Source of the DNA: Phoronis australis
Taxonomy: Eukaryota; Animalia; Phoronida
Assembly: GCA_002633005.1 (NCBI GenBank)
Contig: NMRA01000064.1
Coordinates: 315,977 to 379,976, forward strand
Reading direction: 5' to 3'
DNA: 64,000 bases
Below, in pieces: positions 1-10,963 of this stretch. Below the pieces are notes generated by a model that saw only the letters and a program-made list of their open reading frames with translations, did no database searches and was not told the DNA's origin. How positions within the stretch are numbered: the stretch's first letter is position 1; each line of letters starts with the position of its first letter. The position numbers and the translations under genes are program-made.

Positions 1-240
1 TGACTGTACATAGCACGGCCTCACTGACTGTACATAGCACGGCCTCACTGACTGTACATAGCACGGCCTCACTGACTGTACATAGCACGGCCTCACTGAC
101 TGTACATAGCACGGCCTCACTGTCTGTACATAGCAAAGCCTCACTGTCTGTACATAGCACGGCCTCACTGACTGTACATAGCACGGCCTCATTGACTACA
201 TAGCAAGGCCTCACTGACTTTACATAGCAAGGCCTTCCTG
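1..240. repeat. Minisatellite, 24-bp unit TGACTGTACATAGCACGGCCTCAC, ~10 copies (runs off the window start)
   Basis: Direct tandem periodicity. Confidence 0.95.
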
Positions 241-495
241 ACGGTTACCACGTGACTGAATTATATTGGTTGAGTAGATAATGAGATAATGAGTCCCAAA
301 ATTTTTCTCAGGTCCTGCCCGTAATGTGTTGAGACCTTCAAACAATTCACTTTTAAGATCACTGTTATGCTCATTGTTTTAGTATTTTCAAATATTATGG
401 GTGTTATACCTGTAAACATGAAATAGGTTTGACTGAATGTGATCTCTTTTATCAAACCGAACCAATTTTAGACTTGTTATCTTTTCGCATTTCAG

Positions 496-3400
496 CTAAG
501 TGACTTGCTCAATCAAATTGACAGACAAGAAGAGAAATTACGCATGACCAACAGGTGAGTTTTCCGAACTACTCACATTTTTGCAGTTATTTTGTGATTG
601 CCTTGTGGTTTAAAAGCACTTAAAAGATTTCTTTTGTTTGAGAAATAAGCTGTGAATGCGTGATGTATTTCTGAACAATTCTGATTTTAGATTTTTCGAA
701 CTGTGATTTTCTTCAAAAGAAATGCCATTGGTAGATGAAAGAATTTCCAATTAAAATTGATTGATTTTATTCTTAAATTGAAAGTATGTGGAATTCAAAT
801 ACTAACCTATAAGAGGTCTCATTACGTTGTTGTGCACGAAAATGTTTTTAAACACATTCAATATTTATCTACTAAAAATGCAACCAATCCCCACAAAACT
901 TTTTCAACACGTAGATATTATCAACATTAAGATAACCTGTTCTCAGGGCTTGGAATTTTCCGCGGAAACGCGAATTTCCGCTTTTTTCAAATGTGCTTTC
1001 CGCTTTTTTATAATATTTCAGCGTAAAAAAATCGGATTTGATATAAAATTTCCGCGGCAAATTCCTTTCTTACCGCGACGTTCACCTCGAAAAGCGTAAG
1101 TTGCTCTTTATGTTTCGGAGGAACGTAAATTGTCAACATTGCCAGGGCATCTGGGACAGCGTGGTGGGATTTTCAATGGTGTCTCGTGTTATTGTTAAGC
1201 GCGGCAACAAATACTACCGCTCTGCAGCCAAAAATGTGTGGGTTGGGAGTGGACGGGCGAGCTAAAAGGACGCAGACGCATGCTACTGATGGTGGTAACG
1301 TTTTTTTTTTTTAGTCCTCCCGATTTTTGTCGGGGAAAGGTTCACATCGCATTGACCATTTCAATGCTGGTTATAGGGCGTGATTTGGGCCGTAAAAGTT
1401 TCAAAGTTTCCGCGTTTTTTGTCATTGCTCATTCCAAGCCCTGTGTTCTACAGTTACGAATGTTTTGTTCAGCTTGTGAGTTGTTCATTACAAGAAAAAA
1501 CATTCCCTTACCTTTTATTTGTTCACTCATTTGATGATTGTTCAAATTGTCTGATTTCAAAAGAACAAGGTTATAAACAGAAGCAAACTATTAAAAAAGG
1601 TGCTTTAGATTTTCTGTAGGTTAAAACAGTTTAAACATTGTCACCATGTGGTCAGCATTCGCACAAGAACATCTGAGTTGTCATGCGATTTGAATTCTCT
1701 TAGTTGTGATCAAGTGCTTTTGTCTGCAATGTTCCAATTATGAAGTTATTGTGGCATCTTGTGAAAATATCTTTGTCACATATATTTTGTTTCAGGTCTA
1801 CAGTTTCAAAAATCAGTCATCTCCAAGAAGCATTGGAGGAGCGCAAGTCCGCTTTTAACACAATGTCTTCCAAGTACGTTTGGTAGTTAGTAAACACATT
1901 TAGATAATATAGTCACTAGCGTTACTGACTGACTGGTGATTTCTGACTTGTTGATAGTCATTCCCAAAATAATGATATTCTTAGTGTTGCTAATTGCAGT
2001 GCTTGAAATAACGCGATTGTTTCATGTTTTTCATAATGTCAGAATACAATACACATCTGACTAGCAATAAGTAATATTTATTAAAATTGTATGTCAATCA
2101 TGAATTGAATATTTTTAAATGTTTCTTAACATGGTCAAAATTAGAGTTGTTTGTTGTACTGATCATGTGTCGTCTATCTGTTTCTTTAGACTGCAGTTGA
2201 CTGAGTCAGAGTTAGCCCTTTCTGAACAGAAGAAGAAGGATCTAGAGGCTACTATTCACCGCCTGCGCCAGGACATCAGTGATATTCGAGCAACACATCA
2301 CTCGGATGTTAACAGGGAAAAGGAGGTTCGGAACATGATTTTTAACCGTTAGCTAAGATACAATAATGTCAAAAACACACAATCAGGTTTTTAAAACAGA
2401 AATCAGAAATGTTTATTGTATGCACGCCTTGACCTCATAACACAATTTACATTGCAACTTTGCAAATGTTTATTGTGTGCACGTCTTGACCTCATAACAC
2501 AGTTTACATTTACAACTTTACAAATGTTTATTGTATGCACGCCATGGCCTCATAACACAGTTTACAATACAACTTTACAAATGATAAAAGTTCAACTTTT
2601 AGCACTGTTGCTCGAACCCCTTTAGATGTGTAATAATTTTCAATCAGAAAATATCTCCAGGCTTGGTAAGCGTTCCTCATCGTGTCGATTTATAGGGTAA
2701 CTATTATAGTGCCTCTCAAATAAGTTTTTTTTGTGCATTGTAGATTAACTTACAATTTCGTGAACTTCTGGCGGATACTTCTGGCAAATCAGCGCAGAGT
2801 ATAATGAACAAAATGTTTATTGAACTGTTTCTTACATTGTTTAGCCACCATCCATTTTTGGACTAACAGTACTGAAATAGACTAAACCTCTCTTACTACT
2901 TACTTTGGTGGAGGTATTCTACAAAATAACATTCCACCAGTCGGCCATTTTGTGTGCTAAATAACAGTCCACTGGTCGGCCATGTTGTGTGCTAAATAAC
3001 ATTTCACTGGTCGGCCATGTTGTGTGCTAAATAACATTCCACTGGTCGGCCATATTGTGTGCTAAATAAGTGAAGAACTGCCATAACTTGAGATGCTATT
3101 TCTACTATGTTTTCGTTGCATTGAGATTATATGGCTTGCATATTGTTGGCATGAGTCACATAAGCATGACATGATGTGTTACCTGTGGAATGTTGATATC
3201 CTTGAGTGTGCAAAACTGTTGCTAAGTGACATGTCACTGTCAGCTGATATCTTCACACCCTTGAGTGTGTTATACTGTTGCTAAGTGACATATAACTGTC
3301 ACCGGATATCTTCACACCCTTGAGTGTGCTGTACTGTTGCTAAGTGACATGTCACTGTCAGCTGATATCTTCACACCCTTGAGTGTGCTGTATTGTTGTT

Positions 3401-6400
3401 AAGTGACATATAACTGTCACCGGATGTCTTCACGTCCTTGAGTGTGCTATACTGTTGCTAAGTGACATATAACTGTCACCGGATATCTTCACGTCCTTGA
3501 GTGTGCTGTACTGTTGCTAAGTGACATATAACTGTCACTGGATATCTTCACACCCTTGAGTGTGCTGTACTGTTGCTAAGTGACATGTCACTGTCAGCTG
3601 ATATCTTCACATCCTTGAGTGTGCTGTATTGTTGTTAAGTGACATATAACTGTCACTTGATACCTTCACACCCTTGAGTGTGCTATACTGTTGCTAAGTG
3701 ACATATAACTGTCACCGGATATCTTCACACCCTTTAGTGTGCTGTACTGTTGCTAAGTGACATGTAACTGTCACCGGATATCTTCACACCCTTCTTATGT
3801 TTTCAGGAAAGAGCGAGTATTGAAAGCAAATTACTACGTGAACTGTCTGATGCTAATGACAGATTTGTTCAGCTGGAGCAGAAGGTAAATGTAAACATAT
3901 CTATTTTAAAATGGAAAATGTTTTTTGTTGTGATTATCTCAGTTTGAAAACATTTAATATCTAAAACATGGTACTGTAGTTAATGAATTTTTCTAGCAAA
4001 AGATAATGCTATGCATATGTATTGTTATGTCGAGATTGAATGCAAACTAATTTACTTACAGCTAATGAAGTGAACACTCTTGTAAATCTGTACAACATGT
4101 ATAAACTAATTAATATGTTGATAATTATTGACCATTGTTGTAGCTTCTTTTTGTACCAAGGCATTTTTAAAAAATGTAGTTGTGATGTAAAGTTGGCAGG
4201 ATTTAAGAATTGTCTCTTTGATATGGAATGGGTCGGTTATGCCACAGGTTGTTTGTAAGCTTACTATTTATTATTATCACGTTTTGTTTATTGTGTTGTA
4301 TTCTTGTTTATTGTGTTGTATTCTTGTTTATTGTGTTGTATTCTTGTTTATTGTGTTGTATTCTTGTTTATTGTGTTGTATTCTTGTTTATTGTGTTGTA
4401 TTCTTGTTTATTGTGTTGTGTTCTTGTTTATTGTGTTGTATTCTTGTTTATTGTGTTGTATTCTTGTTTTAGAACATAGAATTGGAAAGGACTTGTAAGC
4501 TGCAGCGTGAACAAATATTTGAGTTGAAAGAACAAACGACTCACAATCAGGCTGAGGCAGTTATGAAGGCCGCACACTATGAAGGTAAGAATTGGTGAAA
4601 CTGTAATATTTGAAATATGATTGTAGACTATCTGTTATGGAAATGTAGCAGACGTGGGGTGATCACAACTCCAGGTACGCTGCACGTCTGCTTCCTTAAA
4701 TTGGCAGATGACTGAACTGCTATTTCAGAACCATCACCGTGCCCCTCAAGTCACTAGAGCACAGTTGCATAACAGTTACACACTGGATAACAATAGTGAC
4801 ACCCCACTGTCACATGTGAGATTGTTATTGTTGAACAATGTTTTTGTTATTTTGCAGCAATCAATTTTAGCCAGTTTTATGCAATGTATTCTTGAAGTAT
4901 TCTGAGATTGGTGGTGAAATATAATAAAGGTTATCAGACACATAGTGGACTGTTTTTTCACCACTGAGACTTGGGCTCTGTATCATGAAATTATTATAGT
5001 CTTAACTTAGATGGAATTAACAATGTTACCATTCCATCACACGTCACGTTGCAATTGTTGAACAATGCTGTTGACGTCATGCCAACAATTCTGGTGTGTC
5101 ATGGATGATGATCTTACTGGGGGTGGCTTTTCTGTAGTGGATGGGTGTCCATAACGCTTCCAAATTCTTGTTCGTGAAAAAATCTGTTGTGCTCGTGTCT
5201 GATTAGTCTTTAGTGTGAGTAAAAGTGGGAACACAGTTGGTTCTGAATAGTTGTATTAAGTGTATTCATATTTCTAATGAACGTTGTATTCGTATTTCTA
5301 ATTAACGTTGCATTCATATTTCTAATGAATGTTGTACTCTTGTATCTAATGAACGTTCTATTCATATTTCTAATGAACGTTGTATTCATTTTTCTAATGA
5401 ACGTTGTTTTAGAAAAGCTGCAGAATGAAAAACAGAAGTACAAAGAATCTCAGCGAGAAACAGATCAGTTGAAATGTAGAGAGGTGCATATACAGCTTCC
5501 TGACATACATTGCATTATTAATACAATGAATCTTGGTGCAAACGTTTGTGCATCTATATCTCATTTTCAAGTTTTCCAAGTTTCTCCTTACTAATGTTTT
5601 AACCAGTTTTAGTCATTAAATTGATCTTTGCTGTTCACTAGCCTTATATACATGTATTTAGGCCCATGTGCAATGTGAAGCTTCACCTATGTCTGAAATA
5701 AGGTACATGTGCCTATAGTCAAAAATGTTTGAGTAAAATCTGGAAGCGACATTTTGAATAGCGTGTGAGTGAAACTTGTTACAAAATGGTTATTTTTGTT
5801 TCTTTCAATTTAACATCAGCTGTTTAAGCGGAGGATACTAAGAATGAACGAAAGACACAAAATCACCCAATTAAGACAAGAACACATATAGGAGTGTGCG
5901 TCAGCTTCAATAAGTGAAACTCAGGTGTCTGTGCTTACATGTACGTGGTGTCCTAAAAATGTACTCACACATCAGTACAAAGCCTGGAGTTCAAATTCAG
6001 TTCCCGTGGATCAGACTTTACACCTGTGCCTTCTGTAATGTTACAGCTTGATGTGGAAGTAGGTGCTTGAGCCATCATGTGCTCTGTATGCATGGGAATG
6101 GCAAACAAACGACTTGGTTTTGGATAGCAGAAACTTATTGTGCAATGCAACTGGAAAGTCAAAAACATCAAAGAAGTGCAAAGACATTTTTTCTCCTGCT
6201 AATAAACATTACATCTCTATTTTGGTTTAAAAATTCTTTTTCGTCACCTCTTTATGAATGTAAGCAAGTTGTTTCGTGCGTAAGTCAGTGGATGACACGG
6301 TTATTGTCATTTGAAGTATGAGTGCATTTTTGTGAAACAGGTGTTAAAGAAATTCTTTTAAAATACTTATAATTTTTTATATTGGCATTTGGGCCGAAAA

Positions 6401-8871
6401 AGATGCATATACGGTTATCTATGTTCGCAGATTTAGTAGAAGAGTTAAGTATCAGCGAATAGACTTTGGGTCAACTGTTGTTAAGTCCATGTGCACTGCC
6501 CCTGTAGGTGAATAGGATAAAACAGGAAATGGAGGAAACAGAGCGGGGTCTACGCGACAAGATCCACAAGTTGGAGCGGACAAGGTTGGAACTGGAGGAA
6601 GAGATCAGTAAACTCAAGTCGGAGCAGATGAGTAACAAGTTAGAAGCAGACGAGAGTTTGATGGCCATGAAGCAGAAGTTGAAAGCTGAAGAGGTATAGT
6701 ATGGGGTCATTCACCTATATGTATTTTTTCTCCAGTATATTATTCGCCATTACCTTTTGGATTTATGAAAGGCATGCATGATGCATGTGCAGTCTTGAGC
6801 AGAAATTTCTGAAAGTTGTGTCTTTGGGTTTGGGAGTGATGTATACCTCCAGACTTTTTGTTCACATCACTTTCATGATTTCTCATCAGTTAACTTGACC
6901 TAACTCTCCTGCTCCTTTTATCTGTAATCAACTATGCTGCGTGTAAGGGAGATTTTTCTCACGGATGTTTCACTACTTGAACCTTGTGTGGTTTACGTGT
7001 TTTTCTTACATTTTCCTATTAGGATCAGAGGTACAAAGCATTGGAGGACCGACTGCGTATGGTGCAGATCTCCAAGGATGACTTGCAGACACATTCCACC
7101 CACCAGGCATCGCTTATCACGGACCTGCAGTCGAAGAACGGCAAGCTGGCCCTAGACATAGAGTCACTGAAGCGGAGGAATGATGAACTGGCACAGGTAA
7201 TGGTTAATGACTTGCCAATAATTGTAGACCGCATTAATTGACGGTTCTTAATAACTGTTGGTTTTTTATACATTTTAATGTTGTCAATACCATTGATGAT
7301 TCTTTCGGTCTTTCTGGATTCAGATTGTTCAGATGCTTATGGAAGAAGTTATAATATTAACATATTAACAAAGTAAGCAGACGGATTTTTAGTGTAGAAT
7401 GCTCCAATGAATATGGTCTTTTGTGTCATAATTGTTGTGTTCAATTTTGTCTCGAGTATGTAAAATCAACATGTAGACTTGCTTCACCAGGAAATAGCTG
7501 GCAAGAACCAAGAAATGTTGGCTGAAGTAGAGAAGGTGCGCCTTGATGTCAAACAAAAAGTTGCACAAGTTGAGAGTGAGAAAGAGGTCCAGGACGAACT
7601 ACGAAATAAAATCAAAAAACTAGAAAGACAATTGTCTGGTGAGTGGGAGTTTTTTTTTGGTTTCAGTTAAAACAGGACTGTCGTGTCATTCTTTAAAGCT
7701 TCAGGTGTTAATGAAGATGCCAGGTAAACTGGGATGAGTAAACAGTCTGTTATGGATTTACGGATTTAGTTAAAATACCACGAAAATGTAATAGGGCAGC
7801 TAAAATTCTCGCATAACATGACTAGTAGACTGTGGATAAAACGAGCACAAAAAGACACCTTTGTTGGAACAAAAGCTCTATTCCGAAAACGTTTCTTTTT
7901 GTGTATAAAATGAAGGATTCTGTTGTGAAACCATTGGCTGGAGTTTTCTATGTGAAAGCACAAATGTGTAGTGTTCACATTTGAGTGTGTGCAACAATGG
8001 TGTAATGTGACCAGCACCAGGGTACACACACATCCCTTGGACAAAATTGTTGAAGTACGGTGTTTCCCACCAGTTACTGCCTGAAAATTAGTTTTTATTT
8101 CCAGCCGCCGAGTTTCAGTAGGTAATCTGCATTGTTAATGTCACTAAAATTCTCATACTTGTATTTTTAATTTTGCTTTTTTTGTTTTCTGTTCCTACCA
8201 GTGCCCATTATTTTACTTGAAGGTTGCACATTTCTAAGTTCAGTGGTGACCTTGGGCATATGATTTTGTTGATCAAATTTGAACTCTGGTTGAGCAGCAG
8301 TATTTGATGTGTGGAGTTGCAGATTAATGAGAGAGTAATCCAGTGAAGAACAAAAAATAATCCGACAAAATACCATTTCCCGCCATGAAATGTCTGTTAA
8401 TAATTATCAGGGCCTCAAAATTCTAATTACAGAATGGCTGAGCCTACTTACTAACTTATCTGTTAATTCCCCTTTATTCTCAGTCATCAGGGGAGACAAC
8501 TCAAACAATGAATTTGGCTTCTACCCAGCTGTCATGTCAGGGAATTCCTGGTCATTCTATCTGAATGCTGTTGTCTCGTACTGTCCATTGTCAGGTCTCC
8601 CCTGTGACCTTGACCCTGGATCTGTTTCTGGTGCTGTGCAAGTGTCTGTTCACATCACTTGTAATGTATATAACTATTTACAGAAGAGGATGACAAACAC
8701 AGACATGAACTGGCGAACAAGGACTCAGAGATGTCGTTATTGAAGAAGAAACTTACAGCGAGTGAAAGTGAGATTTCTCACATGAGAGACGATGAGCAGC
8801 AGAGGATGAGCATGTTACAGTCTGCCATTATAAACTTCTCCAGTCGATCTCCGTACTCGCCACGGAAATGA
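496..8871 (+). CDS. LRRC45: Leucine-rich repeat-containing protein 45 (centrosome linker), C-terminal coiled-coil exons; 5' part lies upstream of the window
   Basis: Phase-consistent GT-AG exons 496-554, 1796-1873, 2190-2325, 3807-3884, 4473-4584, 5413-5483, 6508-6693, 7023-7196, 7491-7638, 8684-8871 (TGA). Spliced product ...HLQEALEERKSAFNTMSSKLQLTESELALSEQK...ESKLLRELSDAND...RLELEEEISKLK...ISHMRDDEQQRMSMLQSAIINFSSRSPYSPRK* follows the vertebrate LRRC45 C-terminus as I recall it (QLQEALNER...KLQMTEAALALSEQK...RIRDEEAQRASFLQNAV). AATAAA at 8887-8892. Confidence 0.9.
944..1443. mobile_element. Non-autonomous hAT-like TIR element (500 bp)
   Basis: Perfect 13-bp TIR CAGGGCTTGGAAT...ATTCCAAGCCCTG; flanking direct repeat TGTTCT at 938-943 and 1444-1449. 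Confidence 0.8.
2926..3069. repeat. Minisatellite, 35-bp unit, ~4 copies
   Basis: ATAACATTCCACTGGTCGGCCATGTTGTGTGCTAA repeated. Confidence 0.9.
3200..3792. repeat. Minisatellite, 59-bp unit, ~10 copies
   Basis: CCTTGAGTGTGCTGTACTGTTGCTAAGTGACAT...GATATCTTCACAC repeated; ends about 14 nt before an LRRC45 exon. Confidence 0.95.
4281..4470. repeat. Minisatellite, 20-bp unit TTCTTGTTTATTGTGTTGTA, ~9.5 copies
   Basis: Direct periodicity; the last unit forms the acceptor ...TTCTTGTTTTAG. Confidence 0.95.
5250..5410. repeat. Minisatellite, 24-bp unit TTTCTAATGAACGTTGTATTCATA, ~6-7 copies
   Basis: Direct periodicity; the last unit runs into the acceptor AG at 5411-5412. Confidence 0.9.
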
Positions 8872-10963
8872 CCTTTTGACCTTATTAATAAATTTTACGC
8901 AGTTTGTAAATTAATACCAATTGCCATCAGTGCATATGTGCTGCACAATATGAACTCAATGCAAAGGTGATGTGCGTTTACTTGCATTGTTGTGGAAATC
9001 AAAACATTGTTTTCTTAATATTGTCATGGTGAGGTTAACATTTTAGTTGTAGTGGCTGTTCAGGGTGGATTGTACAAATTATATACTGGATAACGACATT
9101 GCATTATCACCTGCTACATCGCAATTGTTGAATCATGCACTAACCCTCAACCAGTTATCCAGCAGGTTTTAAGTTCTACGCAACTTAGCACAGCGGGGGG
9201 TCTGTTTCATGAAAAGGGACTGGGGATTGAAGTCAGAAATTTGGTGTTGCACTCGACACAACTGTTTCTGAAAAATAACTAAATCTCACTTGAGCAAAAG
9301 TGCAAGGTCTCATAGAATATAGACTAACTGCTAGGTACTGAGAAATTTTCTGTAAATTATTTATTTCCGGTCTATGATGCGCTCATAATTACTTGGCTAA
9401 ACAGGCTTTATTCAACATTTCTTAAGTGGAGCCCAAGACCAAATCTCTCTCTCAAGTCAACAGACCTCTGGTGTATATAGATTTTTAATGACATATCTAA
9501 CTATCACTGAAGAATACATTCCAATCTGCTGTTCTGATTTTAGTTACCACGAAATAAAATAAGATTTAGTTTTCTAAAAGCTCTTTATTATTAATGGTAC
9601 TTTCTAAGAATGTTGCATTATATAACACTATGAAGAAGAATGTACATAAGGAATGTACATTTGTTCAGGGCAGGCAACACTGAACTGAAAGCCTGTGAAC
9701 ATCAGAATAGCTTTAAACACATGTATTACATTTCATAATACGCAAGTAAAATCCACTAACATTTTTAAATCCTTCACCAAGTAAATACCAGAAAGTGAAG
9801 TCATAAAATAAAACAATGTTCGTTGCCAAAGTATTTCACCTACCAACAAACCCATATCTGGGTTGCGAAGGGAAATGATTCAGGAATATAAATAGCACAC
9901 GAAAAAGAAAACGGACAAAATTCCAAACGAAAAATAGTTATACTAGCTGTAATCTGTTCCTGCAAACTTCGATGCCACCACAATAGTCTATTACACACAT
10001 GCACAGCATGCTGACCAGAGGGTACAATATACTAAGTGGCATCTTGTCACAACTTGATGAGATCACTGACTACTGTCCCTGTGCTAAGTTCTCTGGTGCT
10101 ACCATGAAAGCAATAAGTTTTATCTTCCAAGTGGTCAAAATTTCGCATGTGTGTGACTACACGTGTGCAGACGCGAGACTGACGCCTGCACATATAGAAT
10201 TCAGCGGCAAAATTATCACAAATGATACCACATTTACAAAGTGCTAACATAGAATCAATGTTTGCCCTGGGAAAAGAAAAGTGTTGATCCTAGTAAAGAC
10301 ACGACTCGTGTGGCGAAGGGTGTCGCAGCATGCATCACAAGTTCTCTCACCAGCAATACACTGCATCTATATTATTTATCACCAAGTTTGTTTACTCTAA
10401 GTAATTCTTAATTAGGAAAAGTAAATAAACTTTCCACTTACTTAACTTTCCCATAAATTCCTGTTGTTCCCCATCAAGACAGAATTCCGCTTACGCTCAC
10501 AAATCATAACGAAGAATAAAGCATTTTATCCAATTTCTTGTAGCGTATACTGTACACGTATATTTTACCTCGGGGCTCACTTTTTATTGCAGTTGAGCAG
10601 AAAAAAAAATACAAAAGCAAAAAAAGAGACTTGAGATGTCACCCGTCCCTAACAATGTTGTGGGTGAGCTGCACATGTAAAACAGTCGAACCTGCCGACC
10701 TCATAGTGAACACTCACGTACAAAAGCCAAAATTTGTGGCAAACGTATACTCAATAAAGTGTTAAATAAATTCACACTCTTTTGCTCAGTGCAGCTAAAA
10801 CAGTTAAAACGGACAAAGAGGCACAGACACTGGTCACAGAATTATTCTATACCAACTAAACAAGAGATCAAAGATAGAACAAAAAATAATGACACAATAT
10901 TGTGCGAAAGACTTTCCTGAGAAAAATAGCTAAGTTATTAAAACACACACCACATTCAGTACT

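Noticed and set aside
3200-3792. Regular repeats resembling a CRISPR array (also 1-240 and 58877-59111)
   Set aside because: Head-to-tail units without unique spacers, no cas genes, eukaryotic introns.
4218-4498. Cys/hydrophobic repetitive ORFs
   Set aside because: Translations of the 20-bp intronic minisatellite.
10241-10390. ~97% conserved block downstream of GGH containing the palindrome ACACGACTCGTGT
   Set aside because: No SECIS, IRE or ribozyme consensus could be fitted; similar identity extends over much of the presumed 3'UTR.
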